The notes: a model not told the origin generated them from the letters alone. A stretch of DNA of 34,890 nucleotides from Acidimicrobiia bacterium (GCA_040510575.1 JBEVIU010000029.1:1-34890); one strand, 5' to 3'. Numbered from the stretch's first letter, positions 7,429-18,467 are shown. Numbers and translations are program-made.

Positions 7429-8028
7429 TCAGACGAGTCGGCCGTCGGCGAACACCTCGCGCACGCGCGCTTCGAAGTGCTCGAGCGGCAGCGTGTCGTA
7501 GGCGGGATCGAACGCGATCTGATCCCATTCGTCGGCGAACTGCTCGGCGAGCGCGTACGACTCGTGCCCACGGTGCTTGTCGCGGGCGGCCGGGTCGCCA
7601 CCGAGGTGGTGGAAGTAGTGCTTGCCCTGGAAGTCCTGATGGACCTCGATCATCCAGCGCACCTCTTCGCGCACGTACGGGCGAAGGATCTCCGCCGCGA
7701 TGCGCGGGTGGTTGGCGACGCTCACGAATTTGCCGATGTCGTGACACAGGGAGGCGACGACCACTTCGGTGTCGGCGCCCGCCCGCTCGGCGAGGGTCGC
7801 GGTCTGCAACGAGTGGGTGAGCTGGTCGACCGCGAACCCGTCGGTGATGGAGGCGAGGGCGCGCAGCATGTCCAGCACCCGGGCCGCGACACGCGGTTGG
7901 TGCTCGATCGTCGCCGTCGCGATCACGCCCCATTGCTCGGCGGTGGACTCGTCCATCCGAGTGAACGTCGAGCCACTCGTGGTGTGGGCCGTCGTGTCGG
8001 CCGTCGTGTCGGCTGGGGTGATGGTCAT
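7429..8028 (-). CDS. HD-domain metalloenzyme (PhnZ/COG4341-like)
   Basis: THSLQTAT, LCHDIGK, NHP, VHQDFQG and EWDQ give an H..HD..H..H..D ligand set. Start is probably ATG 8028. Confidence 0.8.
   Translation of the reverse strand: MTITPADTTADTTAHTTSGSTFTRMDESTAEQWGVIATATIEHQPRVAARVLDMLRALASITDGFAVDQLTHSLQTATLAERAGADTEVVVASLCHDIGKFVSVANHPRIAAEILRPYVREEVRWMIEVHQDFQGKHYFHHLGGDPAARDKHRGHESYALAEQFADEWDQIAFDPAYDTLPLEHFEARVREVFADGRLV
7978..8013. repeat. 12-nt tandem repeat near the HD-protein N-terminus (ADTT-ADTT-AHTT)
   Basis: cgtcgtgtcggc x2 (7990-8013) plus degenerate cgtggtgtgggc (7978-7989). Confidence 0.75.
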
Positions 8029-8108
8029 CCCCCTATTGTTCCCCAGATCGGCCGGGACGCCCAGGACGACGGAACCAGACCCAGAAGCCAAGGCGGAAGA
8101 CGAACGAC

Positions 8109-8609
8109 GTGCAGATCGACGACAAGCGGGCGGTGTGGATCGGGTGCGGCGTCGCCGTGGGGGCGACGATCGTGCTCACGGCCATCGCCGCGGCGCTCGA
8201 GTCGACCGTCAACGGACCGGGGAGCCGGACGCTCGCCCCGCCCGTCCTGTGGGCGCTCGGCGGCGGTGCCGGACTGTGTCTGGGCGCCGGGACCGCGGCG
8301 TGGCTCACCCGTCGAGTCGGGCCCGGCGTGCTCGCCGCCGCGGTGGGCCTGGTGCCGTTCCTCGTGTTCGTGATCCTCGGCTACAACGACAAGAGCTTGC
8401 GCCTCGAGGACCAGGTGGTCGGCACGCTGATCGTGGTCGTGCTGCCCGGGTTCGTCGCCGCGGTGCTCGTCGCCATCGCAGCCGCGTACGCCGCCCGCAT
8501 GTTCGGCGCTCGTCAGCCCACGCCGGCCGAGTCCACGTCGGCTCAGCCCAAGCCGGCTCAGCCCAACCCGGCTCAGCCCAACCCGGCAAGGAAGTCCGTC
8601 ACCACCTGA
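8109..8609 (+). CDS. Hypothetical integral membrane protein (~4 TM helices)
   Basis: Four hydrophobic stretches. The C-terminal PAQP repeats come from a 15-nt repeat. Its 3' end overlaps the convergent hydrolase gene. Confidence 0.7.
   Translation: MQIDDKRAVWIGCGVAVGATIVLTAIAAALESTVNGPGSRTLAPPVLWALGGGAGLCLGAGTAAWLTRRVGPGVLAAAVGLVPFLVFVILGYNDKSLRLEDQVVGTLIVVVLPGFVAAVLVAIAAAYAARMFGARQPTPAESTSAQPKPAQPNPAQPNPARKSVTT
8539..8587. repeat. 15-nt tandem repeat (~3.3 copies) duplicating the last codons and TGA of the alpha/beta hydrolase
   Basis: The minus strand reads gccgggttgggctga gccgggttgggctga gccggcttgggctga gccg. Confidence 0.9.
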
Positions 8610-9490
8610 GCGAGCACCACCGGCTGGTCGCCCTGGATGCTGTGCCCGGCGTCGGCGACGCCCACCGCCACGGTGCCCGGCCGGCGCTGCTCGAGCTCGG
8701 CGAGGATCTCATCGGTGATGATGCTCTGCCCGGTCGTGCCGTAGAGGAGGAGCGTCGGCACCTCGATCGCGGCCAGATCGTCCCACAGGCTGGTGTAGTC
8801 GGGGATGGTCAGCTCGTCGGCTTCGGTGCGCTCGTCGCGCGGCTTCCACTGCCGTTGATGGCGCCAGACCCACGTGCCGTCGTCGCGCTCGACCGCGTTG
8901 TGCAGGATGCCGCGGCGCAATGACGACTCGCTGCGCGTCGGGTTGAACGTCTTCGTGCGGTCGAGGATCTCGTCGAACGACGCGAAGCTCTCCGGGCCGT
9001 TCACGAACTCGCCGATCGGCGCGACCCGCGCCGCGTCGATCGTCGGCACGACGTCGACCAGCACGAGCGCGCGCACGAGGTCGGGCGCCCGGGCCGCCAA
9101 CGCGATCGAGGTGAGGCCGCCCATCGACATGCCCATCACGAGGCGGGCATCGGGGGCGAGCGCGCGGATCGCGACCTCCACCGCCGCCGCGTCGTCGCGG
9201 GGTGAGAACAGGGCGTCGGTGGCATCCGAGTGACCATGGCCCGGGAGGTCGACGGCGACGAGCGGGCGCCCGAGCGCGAGGGCGACGGTGTCCCACGTGT
9301 GGGCGTTCTGTCCTCCGCCGTGGAGCGCCACGAGCTCGGCCGGAGCGTCGCCCCACACCAGCGCGCTCACGGCTCGGCCGGGCTCGAACTCGACCTGCTC
9401 GCGGCGCACCACGAGCGACTCGGAGAGGGGGAGATCCCACTCCTGGGCGTTCTCGTGAAAGAGCCCGAACTCGTCGTAGGTCGCGGTCAT
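8573..9490 (-). CDS. Alpha/beta fold hydrolase
   Basis: [25 protein letters not shown] nucleophile elbow and [10 protein letters not shown]. Start is MTATYDEF at 9490; the longer ORF-track extension is the antisense shadow of typA. Confidence 0.9.
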   Translation of the reverse strand: MTATYDEFGLFHENAQEWDLPLSESLVVRREQVEFEPGRAVSALVWGDAPAELVALHGGGQNAHTWDTVALALGRPLVAVDLPGHGHSDATDALFSPRDDAAAVEVAIRALAPDARLVMGMSMGGLTSIALAARAPDLVRALVLVDVVPTIDAARVAPIGEFVNGPESFASFDEILDRTKTFNPTRSESSLRRGILHNAVERDDGTWVWRHQRQWKPRDERTEADELTIPDYTSLWDDLAAIEVPTLLLYGTTGQSIITDEILAELEQRRPGTVAVGVADAGHSIQGDQPVVLAQVVTDFLAGLG

Positions 9491-9497
9491 GGCGCGG

Positions 9498-9516
9498 ACA
9501 GTACCGCCAGTACACT
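9498..9516. promoter_or_regulatory. Divergent -10 elements (TACTGT minus 9498-9503; TACACT plus 9511-9516)
   Basis: The first is 7 nt before ATG 9490; the second precedes leadered typA. Confidence 0.55.
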
Positions 9517-9562
9517 CGTGAGACCCCCCGCACGTCTCGCACGTCCTCGAAAGGCCTCTCTC

Positions 9563-11422
<1,860 letters not shown>

Positions 11423-11444
11423 GTCCCGGTAGCGTCGTGGCCCG

Positions 11445-12395
11445 ATGAAGCGCTTCTCGCTCAGCCCCGAGGCGTACCGGCGGATCACGCTGCTCGCGGC
11501 GATCCTCCTCGCGATCATCATCGTCACCGGGGGAGCGGTGCGCCTCACCGACTCCGGGCTGGGGTGCCCGTCGTGGCCGAACTGCGAGGCCGGACGCCTC
11601 ACCCCACACTCGGCGTCCGACTACAACGCGATGGTCGAGTTCGTGAACCGGATGTTCACCGGGCTCGTCTCGATCGCGGTGATCGTGGCCGTGCTCGGCA
11701 GCCTGGTGCGCGCGCCCCGACGGCGCGATCTCGTCTGGCTGTCGTGCGGCCTGGTCGTCGGCGTGTTCGCGCAGGCGGTGCTCGGTGGTCTCACCGTGTT
11801 GTTCGAGCTCAAGCCCGGGTTCGTGATGGCGCACTTCCTCGTGTCGATCGTGCTGCTCACCAATGCGGTGGTCCTGTATCACCGCGCCGGCATCGACGAC
11901 GACGCGATGGAGCGCCCGAGTGTGCGCGTCGTCAGCGACCGGATCGTCGCGCTGGGTCGCGGGTTGCTCGCGGTGGCGTCGGTCGTGTTGGTGACGGGCA
12001 CGGTGGTCACCGGCGCCGGTCCCCACAGCGGTGGCGGCAAGGCCGACGAGGTGACGCGCATCGACCTCCGCATCCCCGACGTCGCACGCGTGCACGGCAC
12101 CGCGGTGATGATCTTCCTGGGCCTCGTGATCATCACCGTCGTCGTGGCGCATCGAGACCGCGCGCCGCGTGACGTGATGCAACGCCTCACCGTGCTCCTC
12201 GTCGTGCTCGTCGTGCAGGCCGGCGTCGGGTACACGCAGTACTTCACCGACATCCCGCCACTGCTCGTCGGGATCCACATCGCCGGGGCCACGGCGGTGT
12301 GGACCGCGACGGTGTGGGTCTACCTCGGGCTGTTCGATCGGCGACCCGTTGCGGCCCTCGTCGACTCGTCGCCGCCGGTGCTCGCGGGAACCTGA
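11445..12395 (+). CDS. ctaA: Heme A synthase (COX15/CtaA family)
   Basis: TGGAVRLTDSGLGCPSWPNC, EFVNRM, QAVLGGLTV, HFLVS, VTGAGPHSG and GYTQY...H; multi-TM. Confidence 0.9.
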   Translation: MKRFSLSPEAYRRITLLAAILLAIIIVTGGAVRLTDSGLGCPSWPNCEAGRLTPHSASDYNAMVEFVNRMFTGLVSIAVIVAVLGSLVRAPRRRDLVWLSCGLVVGVFAQAVLGGLTVLFELKPGFVMAHFLVSIVLLTNAVVLYHRAGIDDDAMERPSVRVVSDRIVALGRGLLAVASVVLVTGTVVTGAGPHSGGGKADEVTRIDLRIPDVARVHGTAVMIFLGLVIITVVVAHRDRAPRDVMQRLTVLLVVLVVQAGVGYTQYFTDIPPLLVGIHIAGATAVWTATVWVYLGLFDRRPVAALVDSSPPVLAGT

Positions 12396-12409
12396 GCGCA
12401 GGACTGCCG

Positions 12410-12880
12410 ATGCCCACGCCGTTCGCCTTCGACCGGTCGTGGGACTTCGCGGTGTCGCCGAACGAGCTCTGGGCCACCCTCGCCCGCACCGATCAGTACC
12501 CGACCTGGTGGCCGTGGCTGCGGGAGTTCCGGGTGACGGGCGACGGACTCAGCCTCGGTTCGGTCGCGGAGCTCGTGATCCAGGCGCCGCTGCCGTATCA
12601 GCTCCACTGCACGATCGAGGTGGTGGAAGCCGATGCCCCGCACGTGCTCGCAGCGAACGTGACCGGCGACCTCGAAGGGCCGGCCCGCTTGGAGCTCCGA
12701 CCCGTGGCCGACGGGGCGGTGGCGCGCCTGGCGTGGACGCTCGAGGTGCGGTCGTCGTTGCTCCGCCCGCTCGCAGTCGTCGCGCGGCCCGTGCTGGCGT
12801 GGGCCCACGACCGGATCGTGGAGCGGGGCCTGGCGGAGTTCGAGGCCATCGCGCTCGCCGAGCCGACCACGCTCGACTGA
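12410..12880 (+). CDS. SRPBCC/polyketide-cyclase-like (START-fold) protein
   Basis: W..L...DQYPTWWPW, LPYQL, GDLEG.AR and AWAHDRIVERG. Start is ATG 12410. Confidence 0.75.
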   Translation: MPTPFAFDRSWDFAVSPNELWATLARTDQYPTWWPWLREFRVTGDGLSLGSVAELVIQAPLPYQLHCTIEVVEADAPHVLAANVTGDLEGPARLELRPVADGAVARLAWTLEVRSSLLRPLAVVARPVLAWAHDRIVERGLAEFEAIALAEPTTLD

Positions 12881-12905
12881 CCGGACGAACGCGGCCGCGT
12901 CGGCC

Positions 12906-13811
12906 TCAGACCGAGGCGGTGGTGCGGGCGCGGCGGGAGCCCATGCGCTGGGCGACTCGCCCGACGCGCTCGATGTAGTTGAGGACGCGGTCGCGCGCTT
13001 CCTCACCCGCAGCATCGAGGTTCGTCAACTGGTCGAGGCGCCAGTGCTTCACCACCACCGGAACGAGGATGTTGTCGTGGTGCAAGGTGAAGTCGTACAC
13101 GCCGACGTCCGCGATCGCCTTCGCGTGCGCGGCGAAGTCGGGCACGCCGGCGCCGGGCATCTCGAAGAACCGCACCTGCTGGTCGATCGCGACCACGGTG
13201 CCCGACGGGTCGAGCTCCAACGCAGCCGCGACGAGGTCGCGGTAGAAGAGGTGATGCAGGTTCTCGTCGGCCGCGACGCGCGACATGACCGCCTCACCCG
13301 ACGGGTCGTCGAGCAGCTTGCCCGTGTTGCGGTGTGAGATGCGGGTGGCGAGCTCCTGCAGCGCGACGTAGGCGATGCCTTCCGCGATGGTCGGCGGGTT
13401 GGGCACGATGCCGTTGGACACCTGCGCCATCCGGGCACGCTCGAGCACGCGCAGGTCGATCAAGCGCGACACGGTGATGTAGTCGCGGATCACGATGGCG
13501 TGGCGGCCTTCTTCTGCCGTCCAGCGCCGGTTCCACTCGCCCCACACGCCGTCGTTGCCGAAGTGCGACACGATGGCGCGGTAGTAGTGCGGGAGGTTGT
13601 CCTCGGTGAGCAGGTTGAGCAAGAGCGCGCTGCGCACGCCCGTCGGCAGACCCGTCGCGTCGGCGTCGAACGGCTCGTCCGATTCGAAGTCGCGACCGCG
13701 GCTCCAGGGCACGAACTCGTGCGGGAACCACTCCTTGGCGGTGGTGAGGTGGCGTGCGAGCAGCTGCTCACCGGCGGGCGCGAGCTCGCGCAGGAGGGTC
13801 TGGTCGTCCAC
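12906..13811 (-). CDS. desA1: Acyl-ACP desaturase (diiron, DesA1-like)
   Basis: WFPHEFVPWS.GRDF, NLLTEDNLPHY, WTAEEGRH, QELATRISH, DENLH and FEMPG. Start is likely GTG 13811. Confidence 0.9.
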   Translation of the reverse strand: MDDQTLLRELAPAGEQLLARHLTTAKEWFPHEFVPWSRGRDFESDEPFDADATGLPTGVRSALLLNLLTEDNLPHYYRAIVSHFGNDGVWGEWNRRWTAEEGRHAIVIRDYITVSRLIDLRVLERARMAQVSNGIVPNPPTIAEGIAYVALQELATRISHRNTGKLLDDPSGEAVMSRVAADENLHHLFYRDLVAAALELDPSGTVVAIDQQVRFFEMPGAGVPDFAAHAKAIADVGVYDFTLHHDNILVPVVVKHWRLDQLTNLDAAGEEARDRVLNYIERVGRVAQRMGSRRARTTASV

Positions 13812-13817
13812 GCCGTC

Positions 13818-13870
13818 ACGGTAGTCCGCCCGCTCCGCGGATTCGCGATCACGCATCGCGGCGTTATGGT
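13818..13870. promoter_or_regulatory. Divergent -10 elements (TACCGT minus 13818-13823; TATGGT plus 13865-13870)
   Basis: 6 nt before GTG 13811 and 8 nt before ATG 13879. Confidence 0.6.
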
Positions 13871-13878
13871 GCCCGCCG

Positions 13879-14754
13879 ATGCAGATCCACCTCGTCGACG
13901 GTACCTATGAGCTGTTCCGCCACCACTTCGGCGTGCCGTCGCACGTCGATCGCGCGGGTATCGAGGTCGCAGCGGTGCGCGGCGTCCTCGGCTCCGTCAT
14001 GGGAATGCTCGAGCAGGGCGCGACGCACGTCGGCGTGGCGACCGATCACTTGGTCGAGTCGTTCCGCAACGAGCTCTGGCCCGGATACAAGACGAGCGAC
14101 GGCATGCCGCCCGAGTTGCTCACGCAGTTCCCGCTGTTGGAGGAGGGCCTCGAAGCGCTGGGCGTGACCGTGTGGCCGATGGTCGAATTCGAAGCTGACG
14201 ACGCGATGGCGTCGGCCGCGGCGGTCGCACGGGCCGACGACCGCGTCGAGCGGATCTTCATCTGCACCCCCGACAAGGACCTCGGTCAGTGCGTCGAGGA
14301 TCCGATCGTCGTGCAGCTCGACCGGCGCAAGGGGGTCGAGATCGACGAGGCCGGCGTGCGTGAACGCTTCGGCGTCGGTCCGGCATCGATCCCCGACTAC
14401 CTCGCCCTCGTCGGCGACAGTGCCGACGGCTTCCCCGGCCTTCCCGGCTGGGGCGCGAAGTCGGCCGGCATCGTGCTGGCGCGGTGGGAGCACGTCGATG
14501 CCATCCCGGATGATCCGGCGCAGTGGGGTGTGGTGGTGCGCAGCGCACCGAAGCTCGCCGCGACGCTCGCGGCCAATCGCGACGCGGCCGCACTCTTCCT
14601 CGACCTCGCCACCCTGCGGCGCACCGCCGTGGTGGGCACGGTCGACGACTGGCAGTGGTCGGGGCCGAGCCCCGAGCTCGCGGCCTGGGCGGACCGCCTG
14701 GGCGCGGCCGAGCTCCAGGCCCGGGCCGAGCGCCTCGCGGAGCGTCGGGGATAA
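13879..14754 (+). CDS. Stand-alone 5'-3' exonuclease / flap endonuclease
   Basis: HLVDGTYELFR, SFRNELWPGYK, EADD, DKDL and DYLALVGDSADGFPGLPGWG.K (H3TH motif). Confidence 0.92.
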   Translation: MQIHLVDGTYELFRHHFGVPSHVDRAGIEVAAVRGVLGSVMGMLEQGATHVGVATDHLVESFRNELWPGYKTSDGMPPELLTQFPLLEEGLEALGVTVWPMVEFEADDAMASAAAVARADDRVERIFICTPDKDLGQCVEDPIVVQLDRRKGVEIDEAGVRERFGVGPASIPDYLALVGDSADGFPGLPGWGAKSAGIVLARWEHVDAIPDDPAQWGVVVRSAPKLAATLAANRDAAALFLDLATLRRTAVVGTVDDWQWSGPSPELAAWADRLGAAELQARAERLAERRG

Positions 14755-14783
14755 CTGTCACACCCCCGACTTACCGTCGGGGC

Positions 14784-15968
14784 ATGGACGGATTGCTGGT
14801 GGTGCTCGGAGTTCTCGTCGTGCCGTCGATCGTCGCGGCATCGGTCGGCGTCGTGCTGGGTCGACGCCGGGGCAGGCCGGCAGCGCAGAGCGCCGAGGCA
14901 GCGCGCGACGCGGCGGCGCGGGCCGCGGCCGAACGCGACGCGGCCGTGCACAGCGCGATCGACCATCTCGTGCGCGTGAACCAGGAGATGCTCGCGGGGG
15001 AGCGTCGGCTCGGGACCGCCGACCTCGAAGGCGCGAAGTCGCTCATCGATCTGGAGCTCGTGGAGATGCGCAGCGACCTCCAGCAGCTCACAGGGTTGTT
15101 GCAGCAGCTCGAGCAGGAGCGCCGCCAGCACACCGGGGAGCTGAGCAGTCAGCTCGCGGAAGCCGGGCGGCACACGCGAGCGCTGGCCGACACGACGCAG
15201 TCGCTCCGTGAGGCGCTGTCGAGCACCAGCGCACGTGGACAATGGGGTGAGCGCATGGCCGACGACGTGCTGCGGCTCGCCGGCTTCGTCGACGGCATCA
15301 ACTATCACCGTCATCGTCCGATCGCCGGCACGGGAGGCATCCCCGACTACACGTTCCTCCTGCCGCAGGGACTGTGCGTGCACATGGACGTGAAGTTCCC
15401 GCTGAGCAACTACCTGCGTCACCTCGACGCGACGAGCGACATCGAACGCGAGCATCACCGCCGCGCGTTCCTCAAGGACGTGCGCCTCCGGCTCCGCGAG
15501 GTCACCACGCGCGAGTACGTCGATCCGTCGGCGAACACGGTCGATTGTGTGCTGCTGTTCATCCCGAACGAGCAGGTGTACGCGTTCATCCAGGAACAAG
15601 ACCGCGACGTGCTCGACGACGCGCTGCGTCAGAAGGTCGTGTTCTGCTCTCCGCTCACCCTCTTCGCGGTCCTGGCCGTGATCCGGCAGGCCGTCGACAA
15701 CTTCCGGGTGTCGCAGACGTCGCAGGAGATCCTCGCCGTGCTCCACGGCTTCCAGAAGCAGTGGGACAAGTTCGTCGAGCAGATGGACAAGGTCGGGCGC
15801 AGCCTCAAGACCGCCGGCCACGCGTTCGACGAGCTCGAGGGCGCGCGCCGCCGTCAGCTGGAGCGGGAGCTCGACAAGATCGACGCGGTCCGCCGCGACC
15901 AGCGCCTCGACATCACCGACATCACGCTCGATCCGGCGGCAGCACCGTCCCTCGCGCTCGAAGCCTGA
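14784..15968 (+). CDS. rmuC: DNA recombination protein RmuC
   Basis: N-terminal TM, coiled coil, ARGQWGE, PD..F.LP, DVKFP, EYVDP...TVD.VLLFIPNE and SPLTL. Start is ATG 14784. Confidence 0.92.
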   Translation: MDGLLVVLGVLVVPSIVAASVGVVLGRRRGRPAAQSAEAARDAAARAAAERDAAVHSAIDHLVRVNQEMLAGERRLGTADLEGAKSLIDLELVEMRSDLQQLTGLLQQLEQERRQHTGELSSQLAEAGRHTRALADTTQSLREALSSTSARGQWGERMADDVLRLAGFVDGINYHRHRPIAGTGGIPDYTFLLPQGLCVHMDVKFPLSNYLRHLDATSDIEREHHRRAFLKDVRLRLREVTTREYVDPSANTVDCVLLFIPNEQVYAFIQEQDRDVLDDALRQKVVFCSPLTLFAVLAVIRQAVDNFRVSQTSQEILAVLHGFQKQWDKFVEQMDKVGRSLKTAGHAFDELEGARRRQLERELDKIDAVRRDQRLDITDITLDPAAAPSLALEA

Positions 15969-15970
15969 GG

Positions 15971-16005
15971 TCACGGCCCACAACGACACGCGGTGTCGAC
16001 CGTGA
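15971..16005 (+). terminator. Imperfect hairpin after rmuC
   Basis: tcacgg..cgacac-gcg-gtgtcg..ccgtga; no U-tract. Confidence 0.35.
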
Positions 16006-16053
16006 GCGTGAGCGTGAAGCTTCGACCAGATGGGCCGTGGGTACCATCGAACC

Positions 16054-16515
16054 GTGGTGCTGTTGCTCGTGCTGTTGCTGCTCCCGATCGTCGAGATCGC
16101 GGTGATGGTCCAGGTGAGTCACTGGATCGGCGGGTGGGAGACGATCGCCCTGGTGCTCATGGTGTCGTTCCTCGGCGCGTGGATCGTGAAGCAACAGGGG
16201 ATCGGACAATGGCGACGCATCCGCGCCGAACTGGCCATCGGACGAGTTCCGGGACCGGCCGTCGTCGACGGAGCGCTGATGCTCTCCGCCGGGCTCCTCT
16301 TCTTGATCCCGGGCTTCGTCACCGACCTGGTCGCGGTGTTGTTGCTCATCGCACCGGTACGAGCACTCGTCAGAAGCGCGCTGGCCCGCCGTTACCGGGT
16401 GGTGGCGGCCGTCCATTCGAGCGGGAGCGCGGGGAACCGCGGCGACGTGCTCGACGTCGGTTCGCGGCCGCGGGGTGAGCGAGTGCAGGACCAGCACCCG
16501 GAGCTCGGCCCCTAA
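16054..16515 (+). CDS. fxsA: FxsA family membrane protein
   Basis: PIVEIAV....IG.W.T, KQQG and GLLFLIPGFVTD. Start is likely GTG 16054. Confidence 0.9.
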   Translation: MVLLLVLLLLPIVEIAVMVQVSHWIGGWETIALVLMVSFLGAWIVKQQGIGQWRRIRAELAIGRVPGPAVVDGALMLSAGLLFLIPGFVTDLVAVLLLIAPVRALVRSALARRYRVVAAVHSSGSAGNRGDVLDVGSRPRGERVQDQHPELGP

Positions 16516-16538
16516 AAAACGCCCGTCGAGGTCGGGCG
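16514..16538 (-). terminator. Intrinsic terminator for the minus-strand gene 16544-17326 (possibly bidirectional)
   Basis: Stem cgcccg/cgggcg (16520-16538) with an adjacent A6 run (U-tract on the minus strand), between convergent stops. Confidence 0.65.
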
Positions 16539-16543
16539 AGCCC

Positions 16544-17326
16544 TCACACCGGTCGGAGCAGCTCCGGCGCCACCGGCGCGTCGACCCGGCGCAGGAGGTT
16601 CTCCGGCCGCTCCAGGCCCGTTGGGCCCGCGATCCGGTCGGCGATCTGCACGTCGACGAGCTCGAAGCCGTGATCCTCGGGTGCGCCGAGCCGGGCCATC
16701 ATCGCGTCGAACAACCGTGCGGGCAGCACGCGGCCGACGCCCGCGACGAGCCACACGATCGTGGTCGCACGGGTGAGGTCCTCGAGCACGCGCGTCGTGC
16801 CGTGCGGCACGAGCGCGCTCGTCGGGCTCCCGCCGGCGATCTCCACGAGCACGTGGGAAGGCTCGAACGCCGCGGCTTCGGTCACGTCGACCGGGCGCGC
16901 GACGGCATCGCTACGGGCGAGGCGTCGGTGCCAGTGGTCGTCACCCGTTCCGCGCACGGCGAGCACATCGAGATCCGGACGAGACGAGAGTGCCTCGCCG
17001 GTGAGCTCCGGCCACCCGAGCACGGCGATCGGTCGATCGTGTGGGAAGGGGAGCACGCCGGCGAGTCGTCCTGGCGTGCGGTCGTCGCGCACCAGGGCTT
17101 CGGCCTCCCACGCTGCATCCGACGGGTCAGGAGCGGCGAGCACACGCGCGCAGAGCCACCAGAGCAATGGCGACGCCGTGTGGTGATCGACGAGGCGTCG
17201 ACAGGCAACCACGATGCTCGCCGGGTCGTCGTCGAAGGCGGCGAGGCAGTCGGCGGCCTCGGCTACGAGGGTGCGGTCGTCCTCCGCGCTGCGGGCGATG
17301 TAGCGCAGGCGTTCGAAGGGGAGCAC
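16544..17326 (-). CDS. Hypothetical protein (possible degenerate eIF2B/sugar-phosphate isomerase-like fold)
   Basis: Globular-looking 260 aa from GTG 17326 (VLPFERLRYIARS). TAGCGT lies 7 nt upstream and a terminator downstream. The fold assignment is weak. Confidence 0.7.
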   Translation of the reverse strand: MLPFERLRYIARSAEDDRTLVAEAADCLAAFDDDPASIVVACRRLVDHHTASPLLWWLCARVLAAPDPSDAAWEAEALVRDDRTPGRLAGVLPFPHDRPIAVLGWPELTGEALSSRPDLDVLAVRGTGDDHWHRRLARSDAVARPVDVTEAAAFEPSHVLVEIAGGSPTSALVPHGTTRVLEDLTRATTIVWLVAGVGRVLPARLFDAMMARLGAPEDHGFELVDVQIADRIAGPTGLERPENLLRRVDAPVAPELLRPV

Positions 17327-17333
17327 GCGGTGC

Positions 17334-17383
17334 ACGCTACCGGGCCGTCCGCTCAGGGCACCGGGAGGGCTCGCCCCTAGCAT
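17334..17383. promoter_or_regulatory. Divergent -10 elements (TAGCGT minus 17334-17339; TAGCAT plus 17378-17383)
   Basis: Each is 7 nt before a GTG (17326, 17391). Confidence 0.6.
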
Positions 17384-17390
17384 CGCAAAC

Positions 17391-18467
17391 GTGGAGGTCA
17401 GCGTCTCGCGCCCCGTGGTCGCGCTTCCCACCGGGCTGGCCGAGATCGGGACGCGCGTCGAGCAACGCATCGACGCCGCGCTCGCGGTCGAGGTGGAGCG
17501 GTGGCGTGCGATCGCACCCGAGCTCGCCGCGCCATTGGGTGCGTTGCGCGATCTCGTGGCGCACGGCGGCAAGCGGTTGCGACCGGCGTTCTGCTACTGG
17601 GCATGGGTCGGCGCAGGCGGCGATCCCGACGACCCGGTCATCACCGACGTCGCCGCCGCGATCGAACTGCTCCACGCGTTCGCGTTGGTGCACGACGACG
17701 TCATGGATGGGTCAGCCGTCCGGCGGGGTGAGCCCACCGTCCACGAGGCGTTCGCGGCCGACCACCGCGCACGAGGAGCACGGGGAGAGGCGCGTCGGTT
17801 CGGCGAGGGCGCGGCGATCCTGGTCGGCGACTTCGCCTTCGTGTACGCCGATCGCCTCATGGCCGCGGCGCCGGCCCAGGTGCTCCCGCTGTACGACGAG
17901 CTGCGGATCGAGCTGTGCGTCGGCCAATACCTCGATCTCCTCGGCAGCACGAACAGTGGCCGCGACCGCGGGCAGGCCGAGCTCATCGAGCGCTACAAGT
18001 CGGGGAAGTACACCGTCGAGCGCCCGTTGCACATCGGTGCCGCGCTTGCGGGTCGATTCGACGAGCTCGGGGGCCCGCTCAGTGCGTTCGGCGTGCCGCT
18101 CGGCGAGGCGTTCCAGATGCGTGACGACCTCCTCGGCGTGTTCGGCGATCCCGCGGTCACGGGCAAGCCGGTCGGCGATGACCTGCGGGAGGGCAAGCTC
18201 ACGCCGCTGGTCGCCGCCGCGGTCGCGATGGCTGGGCCCGACGACCAGATCACGCTGACTCGGATCGGCGAGCCCGGGCTCGACGCCGACGGGGTCGCCG
18301 CGCTCCAGTCGGTGCTGGTGACCACGGGCGCCGTCGCCGAGGTGGAGCAGGCGATCGCACTCCGGGTCGACGCAGCCCTGGCCGCCCTCTCGTCGATGCC
18401 GATCACCGAGCCCGCACGGGCGGCCCTCGGTGACCTCGCCCGGTTCGTCGCCTGGCGAGACCGCTGA
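17391..18467 (+). CDS. Short-chain polyprenyl diphosphate synthase (GGPP/FPP synthase, IdsA-like)
   Basis: GGKRLRP, FARM HDDVMD..RRG, GQYLD, KSGKYT and SARM FQMRDDLLG, DDLREGK. Phe at position -5 of the FARM suggests a short product. Confidence 0.92.
   Translation: MEVSVSRPVVALPTGLAEIGTRVEQRIDAALAVEVERWRAIAPELAAPLGALRDLVAHGGKRLRPAFCYWAWVGAGGDPDDPVITDVAAAIELLHAFALVHDDVMDGSAVRRGEPTVHEAFAADHRARGARGEARRFGEGAAILVGDFAFVYADRLMAAAPAQVLPLYDELRIELCVGQYLDLLGSTNSGRDRGQAELIERYKSGKYTVERPLHIGAALAGRFDELGGPLSAFGVPLGEAFQMRDDLLGVFGDPAVTGKPVGDDLREGKLTPLVAAAVAMAGPDDQITLTRIGEPGLDADGVAALQSVLVTTGAVAEVEQAIALRVDAALAALSSMPITEPARAALGDLARFVAWRDR

Noticed and set aside
1746-8587. Short repeats (1746-1804, 6885-6950, 8539-8587) as possible CRISPR arrays
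   Set aside because: The units are directly adjacent with no unique spacers, and there are no cas genes.
12906-13811. Acyl-ACP desaturase as part of the SPT-like lipid cluster
   Set aside because: It lies 9 kb away, is separately transcribed, and DesA1-like genes are common in actinobacteria. No evidence of linkage.
13879-16515. Anti-phage defence island (nuclease, RmuC, FxsA)
   Set aside because: All three are widespread housekeeping-type genes with separate promoter-like motifs, and there are no defence-system partners.
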